Assembly (NCBI GenBank): GCA_965204785.1
Contig: OZ242015.1
Coordinates: 2,263,032-2,327,031, forward strand
Source of the DNA: Alphaproteobacteria bacterium
GTDB taxonomy: Bacteria; Pseudomonadota; Alphaproteobacteria; SP197
DNA length: 64,000 nt
Direction: 5' to 3'
Positions within the stretch are counted from its first letter, which is position 1; every line of letters begins with the position of its first letter. Under the pieces are notes generated by a model that did not search any database, was not told the origin of the DNA, and saw only the letters and a list, made by a program, of their open reading frames with translations. A program made the position numbers and the translations under genes. Below, piece by piece: positions 12,001-18,900 of this stretch.

Positions 12001-12079
12001 CCGCGACCGGCACGGCCTGCAATATGGCGAAGCCCGCCAGGAGACAGACTATGGCGAGTGATCTGGCAAAAAACCGCAT
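1..12079 (-). CDS. Giant secreted DUF11-type repeat protein, N-terminal >4026 codons (3' end lies beyond the left window edge). Paralogue of 12981..21485.
   Basis: ATG at 12079 gives MRFFARSLAIVCLLAGFAILQAVPVAAQ, identical to the neighbouring gene's signal peptide. Hand translation of the minus strand at 2160-2450 is stop-free and DUF11-like (SMSFQPTAIRAGGVSRLTYELRNEAAV...TLPADVVVADPPNAQTTC...CTIAVDVTS); 1-200 gives LSFTKSFGTNPISAGDSQTMVFTI. The track lists no complete minus-strand ORF from this start, consistent with an ORF open to the window edge. I did not translate all 12 kb by hand. Confidence 0.85.
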   Translation of the reverse strand, partial: MRFFARSLAIVCLLAGFAILQAVPVAAQTLGFSKAYSPATIEVGRVSTLTYTIDNTANGIAVGSLAFTDFLPVRVNALPNVLSSGCGTPSVQARNRFGAGNVTFSGGTVAAGGTCTISLDVLSSTTGMRAGTSGELTSDLPGTGPRASATLTVVSRGTPIEPEPLGFSKAFSPATVETGGISRLTYTIDNTANGIAVGSLAFTDDFPAGLAVASTPNAVTDCFVAFATAGAATSLAFSGGSVAVGQSCTIALDVQALQAGTLTGTSGDLTSDLPDATPGASATLTVVPPAAAAPGFAKAFSPDRINPGEISTLTYTIDNTANAIAVGSLAFTDAFPAGLAVAPTPNAATTCGGTFAPAEAATSLVFSGGSVAAGQSCTIAVDVQALQVGTLTGTSGDLTSDLPDDAPGASATLTVNETPLSVSMSFSPSTIDQGGVSRLTYVLRNEAPFPATSVSLSDTLPTGVVLASEPNAQSRCVDGSTGPLTAPAGGGEVSWSAVIIEANGDNCTVAVDVTSAVPGSYRNATDSVTSSLGASPPVEATLTVDAAEAPGFAKAFSPDRINPGVVSTLTYTIDNTANLIDVGGLAFTDAFPAGLAVAPTPNAATTCGGTFAPAEAATSLVFSGGSVAAGQSCTIAVDVQALQVGTLTGTSGDLTSDLPDDAPGASATLTVNGTPLSVSMSFSPSTIDQGGVSRLTYVLRNEAPFPATSVSLSDTLPTGVVLASEPNAQSRCVDGSTGPLTAPAGGGEVSWSAVIIEANGDNCTVAVDVTSAVPGSYRNATDSVTSSLGASAAVEATLTVDAAEAPGFAKAFSPDRTNPGVVSTLTYTIDNTANLIDVGGLAFDDAFPAGLAVAPTPNAATTCGGTFAPAASATSLAFSGGSVAAGQSCTLSVDVEALQAGALTGTSGVLTSDLPDDAPGASATLTVDETPLLVSVSFSPSTIDQGGVSRLTYVLRNQGALLPAESVSLSDTLPAGVVVADPPNAQQQSGCPLGGTLTAPAGGSDISWSVGSFDLEIICTIAVDVTSVAVGSYRNDRVSVTSSLGASTPNEATLTVEPPADAEAPGFAKVFSPATIDPGGVSTLTFTIDNAANPFDVGGLAFGDAFPAGLAVAATPNASTTCGGTFAPAASATSLVFSGGSVGDGASCTVSVNVQALHAGTLANLSDVLTSDLPDDAPGAAATLTVNEAPLSVSMTFSPATVDQGRVSRLSYGLDNDATVAATSVSLSDTLPTGVVLANPPNLQTTCPGGRLEVASSSGVDGRVSWSGGSLGAGASCTIAVDVTSAIAGSYPNSTDSVTSSLGASAAAEAMLTVTPAGAPGFARVFSPDTIRQGGETQVVFTVDNGANAIAMTEMAFDDSLPSGVSVADTPGVVNGCGGTFSPVAGATTLGFSGGTLAAGAACEIRVSVRAIEAGTLTGPAVELTSNIATATAAEATLTVTPAGAPGFAKAFSPPTVDPGGVSRLSFTIDNGANAIAVGSLAFDDAFPDGMVVALTPNADNSCGGTFAPVASATSLAFSGGGVGDGASCTLSVDVQALQVGTLSNLSGVLTSDLPDDAPGAAATLTVTDAPLSVSVAFSPATVDQGGVSRLSYGLDNGAALAATSVSLSDTLPGDVVLASDPDAQTTCTGGTLTAQGGGSTITFTGGSLGAGAGCTIAVDVTSTVAGSYPNATDSVTSSLGASAPAEATLTVTPAGAPGFAKAFSPDRTNPGVVSTLTYTIDNTANLIDVGGLAFDDAFPAGLAVASTPNASTTCGGTFAPAASATSLAFTGGSVAAGQSCTLSVDVQALQAGALTGTSGVLTSDLPDDAPGASATLTVDETPLSVSVSFEPATIDQGGVSRLSYGLDNGAAVGAMAVALSDTLPGDVVLASDPDASTTCTGGTLTAQGGGNTITFTGGTLDAGASCTIAVDVTSTVAGSYPNATDSVTSSLGASAPAEATLTVDAAGAPGFARVFSPDTIPQGGETQVVFTIDNGANAIAMTEMAFDDSLPSGVSVADTPGAVNGCGGTFSPVAGATTLGFSDGTLAAGAACEIRVRVRAIGAGTLTGPEVALTSNIATATAAEATLTVTAADAPGFARVFSPDTIEQGGETQVVFTIDNGANAIAMTGMAFDDSLPSGVSVADTPGAVNGCGGTFSPVAGATTLGFSDGVLAAGAACEIRVRVRAIGAGTLTGPEVDLTSSIATATAAEATLTVTPAGAPGFAKTFSPPTVDPGGVSRLTFTIDNAANAIAVGSLAFTDAFPDGMVVASAPRPANNDCGGTVSVPTGGTTLSLSGGDVAAGGTCTLFVDVQALRAGTLENVSGDLTSDLPVATPGALATLTVNEAPLSVSMAFEPTAIRAGGVSRLTYELGNGTALAATLVDLSDTLPDDVVLADPPDAQTTCAGGTLTATAGGTSFEYSDGSLDAGGTCTIAVDVTSAVAGSYRNDTVSVTSSLGASAAASATLTVNAADAPGFARVFSPDTIPQGEETQVVFTIDNGANVIGMTEMAFDDSLPSGVSVADTPGAVNSCGGTFSPVAGATTLGFSDGTLAAGAACEIRVRVRAIGAGTLSGPAVELTSSIATATAAEATLTVEPADAPVFAKAFSPATVAPGGVSRLTFTIDNTANAIEVGSLAFDDAFPDGMHVAGPPNAVTTCGGTLTTVAAFPVVMQRGGAVAAGQSCTISVDVRASRAGTLENVSGELISDLPDDAPGASATLTVTEAPLSVSMSFEPATIDQGGVSRLSYGLDNGAAVGATSVALSDTLPGDVVLASDPDARTTCTGGTLTAQGGGNTITFSGGELGAGASCTIAVDVTSTVAGSYPNATQSVTSSLGASAPAEATLTVTAAGALGFAKTFSPPTVDPGGVSRLSFTIDNVANAIAVGSLAFDDAFPDGMVVALTPNADNSCGGTFAPVASATSLAFSGGSVGDGASCTLSVDVRALHAGTLSNLSGVLTSDLPVDAPGAAATLTVTDAPLSVSLAFSPATVDQGGVSRLSYDLDNGAAVGATSVSLSDTLPGDVVLASDPDASTTCTGGTLTAQGGGNTITFTGGSLGAGAGCTIAVDVTSAVAGSYPNATDSVTSSLGASAPAEATLTVDAAAALGFAKVFSPATVDPGGISRLTFTIDNTANLIDVGGLAFDDDFPEDLAVAVPPNASTTCGGTFAPAASATSLAFTGGLVGAGQSCTLSVDVRASRAIALTGTSGDLASDLPVATPGASATLMVNEAPLSVSMSFQPTAIRAGGVSRLTYELRNEAAVGASLILLSDTLPADVVVADPPNAQTTCTGGVLAAVAGGREVSYSDDGEVGLLSSSSACTIAVDVTSTVAGSYSNDTESVISSLGTSAAAEATLTVTPAGAPGFARVFSPDTIEQGGETQVVFTIDNGANAIAMTGMAFDDSLPSGVSVADTPGAVNGCGGTFSPVAGATTLGFSGGVLAAGATCEIRVRVRAIEAGTLIGPQVALTSSIATATAAEATLTVTPASAPGFAKAFSPPTVDPGGVSRLSFTIDNAANAIAVGSLAFDDAFPDGMVVAATPNADNSCGGTFAPVSSATSLAFSGGSVGDGASCTLSVDVQALQVGTLSNLSGVLTSDLPDDAPGAAATLTVNDAPLSVSMSFSPATVDQGGVSRLSYGLDNGAALAAMSVALSDTLPEDVVLASDPDASTTCTGGTLTAQGGGNTITFTGGGLDAGASCTIAVDVTSTVAGSYPNATQSVTSSLGASAPAEATLTVDAVVAPGFARVFSPDTIRQGGETQVVFTVDNGANAIAMTEMAFDDSLPSGVSVADTPGAVNGCGGTFSPVAGATTLGFSDGTLAAGATCEIRVTVRAIGAGTLTGPAVDLTSSIATASAAEATLTVTAAEAPGFAKAFSPDTVDPGGVSTLTFTIDNAANLIDVGGLAFTDDFPDGMVVAGAPDASTTCGGTVSAPAGGGTVSLSGGTVATGAACAVTVQVTGTSTATNVSGDLTSDAGNSGPATDTLTVTPAAPLSFTKSFGTNPISAGDSQTMVFTIAGPGVGDFFDIAFTDNLSGFLGDVIPTVTNLPQS
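9600..11090. repeat. Near-identical 768-bp tandem duplication (one two-module unit) inside giant gene 1
   Basis: 9600-10320 and 10368-11088 align base for base with only a handful of mismatches by eye. Mirror ORFs 9789..9992 and 10557..10760 are 100% identical. 10131..10370 and 10899..11138 are identical over roughly their first 64 codons. Confidence 0.85.
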
Positions 12080-12425
12080 GGCGCACTTATACATGGCGCA
12101 CTTCAAGGATTGACGGTTGGCCCGATGGCAGGGCGGTCTTGCCTGTGCCGGGATCGCATGGATTATGCGAGGGGGAGGAGGAGAGGCAAACCATTGTCAA
12201 AGGCTTATCGCTTCAGGTTCCGGCCTTCAGGTTCCGGCGAGACCGAACATCTTGTATGTGAGTGGCGATGAAGAGCGCTACGCTCTCGTCTTCGACCGCG
12301 AATGCCTCAGCACCGTTCATACGCCTGTCGTCCCCACGTCCACTGTGCGATCCCCTCGCTTCTTTCATTCCTTGCATAGCGGCCTGCTCATGTAAAGGGC
12401 ATCGGCTCATGCAAAGGGCAGAGGA
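11961..12425. repeat. Copy A of a ~465-bp dispersed duplication: first ~40 codons plus 5' leader/promoter region of the giant genes (partner 21367..21830)
   Basis: Identity starts at gtggccggggagtaggcc (11961 / 21367) and continues past the start codon. Mirror ORFs 12117..12395 and 21522..21800 differ at 1 of 92 residues. There is one 1-nt indel, at 12089-12091. Confidence 0.9.
12195..12237 (-). promoter_or_regulatory. Candidate regulator site: tandem direct repeat CCGGAACCTGAAG x2 (14-bp period) 10 nt upstream of a TTGACA hexamer, ~120 nt upstream of the giant-gene ATG
   Basis: Plus strand reads cttcaggttccgg at 12211-12223 and 12225-12237, and tgtcaa at 12195-12200. The arrangement is duplicated exactly at 21600-21642. 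No convincing -10 box at 17-bp spacing. Confidence 0.3.
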
Positions 12426-12432
12426 TCGGTTT

Positions 12433-12644
12433 CCCGCCTCCCAACGCGGAATACACCCTCACCGACGAGCCCGCCCCGGGAGCAGCCAGGCGCACCACCG
12501 ACGGCCAGATCATCAGGTTCTGCCTGGCCTGACGTCCCGGCCCGGCCGCGCCGTTCCGCGCTTCCCCGAACGTCTCCCGATTTAGCGCCGTTTCACATCC
12601 CGCGAACGGGTGTTTCCGGGGGCGTTCCGCGCCCCTGAAACGGG
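12433..12644. repeat. Copy A of a second duplicated block (partner 23000..23210). It holds the last ~33 codons of the 22593..23099 ORF (12433..12532, gene remnant) and the left half of the GAAAC-rich spacer.
   Basis: cccgcctcccaacgcggaatacaccctcaccgacgagcccgcc...ctggcctga matches 23000-23099 with 1-2 mismatches. Similarity continues to cccctgaaacggg (12644 / 23210) and then stops. Confidence 0.85.
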
Positions 12645-12655
12645 CCGCGATATTT

Positions 12656-12901
12656 CCGGTCGACGACTGCGCCTGGAAGTTCAACGAGCGCGGAAACCCG
12701 GGGGGTTTCGACAAGGCAACGGGTGATCGCGCCTTCACCCGGCAGCCGCACGGCAGCCAGTTCACGGTGATCCGCCCGGTACCGGGCTCGGCGCGGGCAT
12801 TCTCTGTCGACCGGACCGTGCCCTTGGTCGAACAGCGGCACGTCCCGCGTCCCGCGCTCGACGATCCGGGCTGGATCCCACTCGACCGGTCAAATACGTA
12901 A
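12656..12901 (+). pseudogene. Start-less 81-codon C-terminal fragment of an unidentified protein
   Basis: Open frame PVDDCAWKFNERGNPGGFDKATGDRAFTRQPHGSQFTVIRPVPGSARAFSVDRTVPLVEQRHVPRPALDDPGWIPLDRSNT, then TAA at 12899-12901. The composition is protein-like rather than Arg/Gly-rich shadow. There is no start codon and no family recognised. Confidence 0.3.
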
Positions 12902-12980
12902 TTCGTAATTCTCCAAAAAGGGCCGTTTCGTGCGATTGCTGCCGGTCGTGACTATCCGCGATCTAACGAAGGGCCGCGAT

Positions 12981-15900
12981 CTAATGAAGGGGTATACTGA
13001 GTTCAAACGTCAGGCCCCAGCTTTCGAAATCGGACTGCCCGATCCCGTCATGGGTCGCTCCGAACGAGAGCCGCGTTCCATCGTCGGTCGTCATGCCGAC
13101 ACCGCTCTTGAGGCGCGCGCGCCACCCCCCGACTTCGCCGTTCGTATCGGACAGCGTCACGCCCGTCGTATCGTCGGTATTGTATATGGCGTCGGCCGTC
13201 AGGTAGAACGAATAGTTCTGTCCTTCCGGACCTGTGAACTCTCTGGTGAATGTGGGGCCGACCTTGAACTGGCCAAGCCGTACGGTCTGGCTGGGGATGG
13301 TCGCCCCGACGCTGTCGACGTAACCCTTCTGTGTTTCCTCCAGATAAGACAGGCTCGTATGCGGCCGGATCGTCCAGTTGTCGTACTGAACCTCGCCGGT
13401 CAAGCTCGCCATGGCAAGCCAGCGCCCGGTCTGGAAGCTGTCGGTATAGGTTTTGAACGGGCTGATCTCGTTATACGACCTGCCAATTGCAAAACGACCG
13501 TCGAAATACAGGTTCGGGGTCAGCCGCGCCGTCGTATAGGGCCCGAACATGTAACCGGAGCCACTGACCTTGCCGGTACTGGTCGATTCTTCCATCCTGT
13601 CGAAGGACCCGAGCGCACCGACCAGGACATCCGGCGTCAGCAGGTAATCCACCCCGGCATAGGCGATGGTAAAGTCACCACGCCCATCCGCACTGTCACC
13701 GAAATCCCTGTATTGCGCTTCGAACCAGGCATCGAAGCGGTTGTTTTCGACGTAAGTGACTTCACCTTCCGCTCCAAGGGTCAGTAGTTCGGCGCTCGCA
13801 GCCGCATGGCTCACCTGCGGCAAGCTGGTCGAGAACGCGTAATCGCCGTCGCCGCCTTTCACTGTGAACGGCAGGAGCGCCTGGATGTCCCAATTTGAGA
13901 GCCGCACCGAGCGGGTCTGGTCCAGACCGCGTTTCAGGCGACCGAACCGGCGGCCTGGATTGGGTTCACTCGACAGGATCAGGTCCGCCCGGCGGGTCAG
14001 GAAGCTGTTGATCGTCTCTACCGTGCGCTGAACCGAGGATTGCGCCGTGAGCGTACAGGTGACGTCTTCGGAGGCATCGAGCGTCACGGACACCGTCGCC
14101 GCAGAAACATCGGCGGTGCTGTCCGTGTCATCGCAGGCGATGGCCGTCAGCGCGACGCCCGTGGGCGCCGCCACCGCTACCGAATGGCTGCCCGTTGCGA
14201 CCGGGAGCACGCCTGTGGACCCGGTCCCTCCATTGACTTCAAGAGAGGTGGTCAAAGCCGGTTCGGCAGACGAGAATCTGAAGATGCCGTCGGTGTCCGA
14301 CGCCACGTTGAAGGTGACCTGTCCCCGCCCCGGCGCACCGGCCTGCGCGACCGTCAGCGGCGCACCGGCCTGCGTGACCGTCAGCGTCGCCTCGGCGGGC
14401 GCGCTGGCGCCCAGCGACGAGGTCACGCTCTGCGTGGCGTTGGGATAGCTTCCCGCGACCGCGGAGGTCACGTCGACGGCGACCGTGCAGCTCGCACCCG
14501 CGTCCAGCGCACCGCCGGTGAAGGTGAAGGTGTTGCCGCCCGCCTGCGCCATCAGCGTGCCACCGGTGATGGTGAAGGTGTTGCCGCCGCCCTGCGCCGT
14601 CAGCGTGCCACCGCTGCAGGTCGTCTGCGCATTGGGGGGATCGGCCAGCACGACACCGGCGGGCAGCGTGTCCGACAGCGAAACCGACCTCGCCGCGACC
14701 GCCGCGCCGTTGTCAAGGCCATAGCTCAGCCGCGAGACCCCGCCCTGATCGACCGTGGCAGGCGAAAACGCCAGCGAGACCGACAGCGGCGCCTCGTTCA
14801 CCGTCAGCGTCGCCGAGACGCCCGACACGGCAACGGACAGGTCCGAACTCAGGTCGCCCGACGTGCCGGTCAGCGTACCGACCTGCAGAGCCTGCACGTC
14901 AACGGAGAGCGTACAGGTGCCGCCGGCCGCGACGAGGCCGCCGGAGAAGGCAAGCGAGGTCGCCGAGGCGGCGGGGGCGAAGGCGCCCCCGCAGCCGTTG
15001 TCCGCGTTGGGCTCGGGCGCCACGGCCAGACCCTCCGGGAAGGCATCGTCGAAGGCGAGCGAGCCCACGGCGATGGCGTTGGCCGCATTGTCGATCGTGA
15101 AGCTCAGCGTCGAGACCCCGCCAGGATCGACCGTGGCCGGCGAGAAGACCTTGGCGAAGCCCGGCGCCACCGCCGTATCGACCGTCAGCGTCGCCGCGGC
15201 GAAGCCCGCCGCCGCATCGACCGTCAGCGTCGCCTCGGCGGGCGCGCTCGCGCCCAGCGACGAAGTCACGCTCTGCGTGTCGTTGGGATAGCTTCCCGCA
15301 GCCGCGGAGGTCACGTCCACGGCGATCGTGCAACTCGCACCCGCCACAATCAACCCGCCGGACCAGGAGACCTCGCCGCCGCCCGCAGCCGCCGTCAGCC
15401 TGCCGCCGGGACAGGTCCTCCGCACATTGGGGGGATCGGCCAGCACGACACCGGCGGGCAGCGTGTCCGACAGCGAAACCGACCTCGCCGCGACCGCCAC
15501 CCCGTTGTCCAGGCCATAGGTCAGCCGCGAGACCCCGCCCTGATCGATCGTCGACGGAGAGAACTCCATCGAGACCGACAGCGGCGCCTCGTTCACCGTC
15601 AGCGTCGCCGAAGCGCCCGACACGGCAACGGACAGGTCCGAACTCAGGTTGCCCGACGTGCCGGTCAGCGTGCCGGACCGTGTGGGCTGCACGTCAAGGG
15701 AAATCGTGCAGGTTCCGCCGGCCGCAATGGTTCCCCTTGAGAAAAGCACCCTGCCTCTGGCGGATTGATTACTCGCTTGCAGGCGTGGATTCCCGCAACC
15801 CACCAGCGACGTATTCGCGGGCACGGCCACGAGCAAGCCGGACGGGAGGAAGTCTCTGAAGGCGAGCGAACCCACGGCGATGTCGTTGGCCGTATTGTCG

Positions 15901-18900
15901 ATCGTGTAGGTCAGCCTGGAAACCCCGCCCGGCGCGACCGTGGCCGGCGAAAACGCCTTGGCGAAGCCCGGCGCCGCCACCGCATCGACCGTCAGCGTCG
16001 CTTCGGCGAGCGCGCTCGCGCCCAGCGTCGAGGTCACGCTCTGCGTGTCGTTGCGGTAACTTCCCGCAGCCGCGGAGGTCACGTCCACGGCGATCGTGCA
16101 ACTCGCACCCGCCACAATCAACCCGCCGGACCAGGAGACCTCGCCGCCGCCCGCAGCCGCCGTCAGCCTGCCGCCGGCGCAGGTCCTCCGCACATTGGGG
16201 GGATCGGCCAGCACGACACCGGCGGGCAGCGTGTCCGACAGCGAAACCGACCTCGCATCGACCGCCGCCCCGTTGTCCAGGCCATAGGTCAGCCGCGAGA
16301 CCCCGCCCTGATCGATCGTCGACGGAGAGAACTCCATCGAGACCGACAGCGGCGCATCGTTCACCATCAGCGTCGCCGAAGCGCCCGACACGGCAACGGA
16401 CAGGTCCGAACTCAGGTTGCCCGACGTGCCGGTCAGCGGGCCGGACCGCGTGGGCCGCACGTCAAGGGAAATCGTGCAGGTTCCGCCGGCCGCAATGGTT
16501 CCCCTTGAGAAAAGCACCCTGCCTCTGGCGGATTGATTGCTCGTTTGCAGGCGTGGATTCCCGCAACCCACCAGCGACGTATTCGCGGGCACGGCCACGA
16601 GCAAGCCGGACGGGAGGAAGTCTCTGAAGGCGAGCGAACCCACGGCGATGTCGTTGGCCGTATTGTCGATCGTGTAGGTCAGCCTGGAAAGCCCGCCCGG
16701 CGCGACCGTGGCCGGCGAAAACGCCTTGGCGAAGCCCGGCGCCTCGGCCGGCGTGACCGTGGCCGCATCGACCGTCAGCGTCGCTTCGGCGGGCGTGCTG
16801 GCGCCCAGCGACGAGGTCACGCTCTGCGTGGCGTTGCGGTAACTTCCCGCAGCCGCGGAGGTCACGTCCACGGCGATCGTGCAACTCGCACCCGCCACAA
16901 TCAACCCGCCGGACCAGGAGACCTCGCCGCCGCCCGCAGCCGCCGTCAGCCTGCCGCCGGCGCAGGTCCTCCGCACATTGGGGGGATCGGCCAGCACGAC
17001 ACCGGCGGGCAGCGTGTCCGACAGCGAAACCGACCTCGCCGCGACCGACGCCCCGTTGTCCAGGCCATAGGTCAGCCGCGAGACCCCGCCCTGATCGATC
17101 GTCGACGGCGAGAACGACATCGAGACCGACAGCGGCGCATCGTTCACCGTCAGCGTCGCCGAAGCGCCCGACACGGCAACGGACAGGTCCGAACTCAGGT
17201 TGCCCGACGTGCCGGTCAGCGGGCCGGACCGCGTGGGCTGCACGTCAAGGGAAATCGTGCAGGTGCCGCCGGCCGCAATGGTTCCCCTTGATAAAAGCAC
17301 CCTGCCTCTGGCGGATTGATTGCTCGTTTGCAGGCGTGGATTCCCGCAACCCACCAGCGACGTATTCGCGGGCACGGCCACGAGCAAGCCGGACGGGAGG
17401 AAGTCTCTGAAGGCGAGCGAACCCACCTCGATGGTGTTGGCCGTATTGTCGATCGTGTAGGTCAGTCTGGAAACCCCGCCCGGATCGACCGTGGCCGGCG
17501 AAAACGCCTTGGCGAAGCCCAGTGCCGCCGCCGCATCGACCGTCAGCGTCGCTTCGGCGGGCGCGCTCGCGCCCAGCGACGAGGTCACGCTCTGCGTGTC
17601 GTTGCGGTAACTTCCCGCAGCCGCGGAGGTCACGTCCACGGCGATCGTGCAGCTCGCACCCGCCACAATCAACCCGCCGGACCAGGAGACCTCGCCGCCG
17701 CCCGCAGCCGCCGTCAGCCTGCCGCCGGCGCAGGTCCTCTGCACATTGGGGGGATCGGCCAGCACGACATCTCCGGGCAGCGTGTCCGACAGCGAAACCG
17801 ACCTCGCCGCGACCGCCGCCCCGTTGTCCAGGCCATAGGTCAGCCGCGAGACCCCGCCCTGATCGATCGTCGACGGCGAGAACGACATCGAGACCGACAG
17901 CGGCGCATCGTTCACCGTCAGCGTCGCCGAAGCGCCCGACACGGCAACGGACAGGTCCGAACTCAGGTTGCCCGACGTGCCGGTCAGCGTGCCGGACCGT
18001 GTGGGCTGCACGTCAAGGGAAATCGTGCAGGTTCCGCCGGCCGCAATGGTTCCCCTTGAGAAAAGCACCCTGCCTCTGGCGGATTGATTACTCGCTTGCA
18101 GGCGTGGATTCCCGCAACCCACCAGCGACGTATTCGCGGGCACGGCCACGAGCAAGCTGGACGGGAGGAAGTCTCTGAAAGCGAGCGAACCCACCTCGAT
18201 GTCGTTGGCCGTATTGTCGATCGTGTAGGTCAGTCTGGAAACCCCGCCCGGATCGACCGTGGCCGGCGAAAACGCCTTGGCGAAGCCCAGGGCCGCCGCC
18301 GCATCGACCGTCAGCGTCGCTTCGGCGGGCGCGCTCGCGCCCAGCGTCGAGGTCACGCTCTGCGTGTCGTTGCGGTAACTTCCCGCAGCCGCGGAGGTCA
18401 CGTCCACGGCGATCGTGCAGCTCGCACCCGCCACAATCAACCCGCCGGACCAGGAGACCTCGCCGCCGCCCGCAGCCGCCGTCAGCCTGCCGCCGGCGCA
18501 GGTCCTCTGCACATTGGGGGGATCGGCCAGCACGACATCTCCGGGCAGCGTGTCCGACAGCGAAACAGACCTCGCATCGACCGCCGCCCCGTTGTCCAGG
18601 CCATAGCTCAGCCGCGAGACCCCGCCCTGATCGATCGTCGACGGCGAGAACGACATCGAGACCGACAGCGGCGCATCGTTCACCGTCAGCGTCGCCGAAG
18701 CGCCCGACACGGCAACGGACAGGTCCGAACTCAGGTTGCCCGACGTGCCGGTCAGCGTGCCGGACCGCGTGGGCCGCACGTCAACGGAAATCGTGCAGGT
18801 CCCGCCGGCCGCAACGGTTCCCCTTGAGAAAAGCACCCTGCCTCTGACGGATTGATTATTACTCGTTCGCAGGCGTGGATTCCCGCAACCCACCAGCGAC

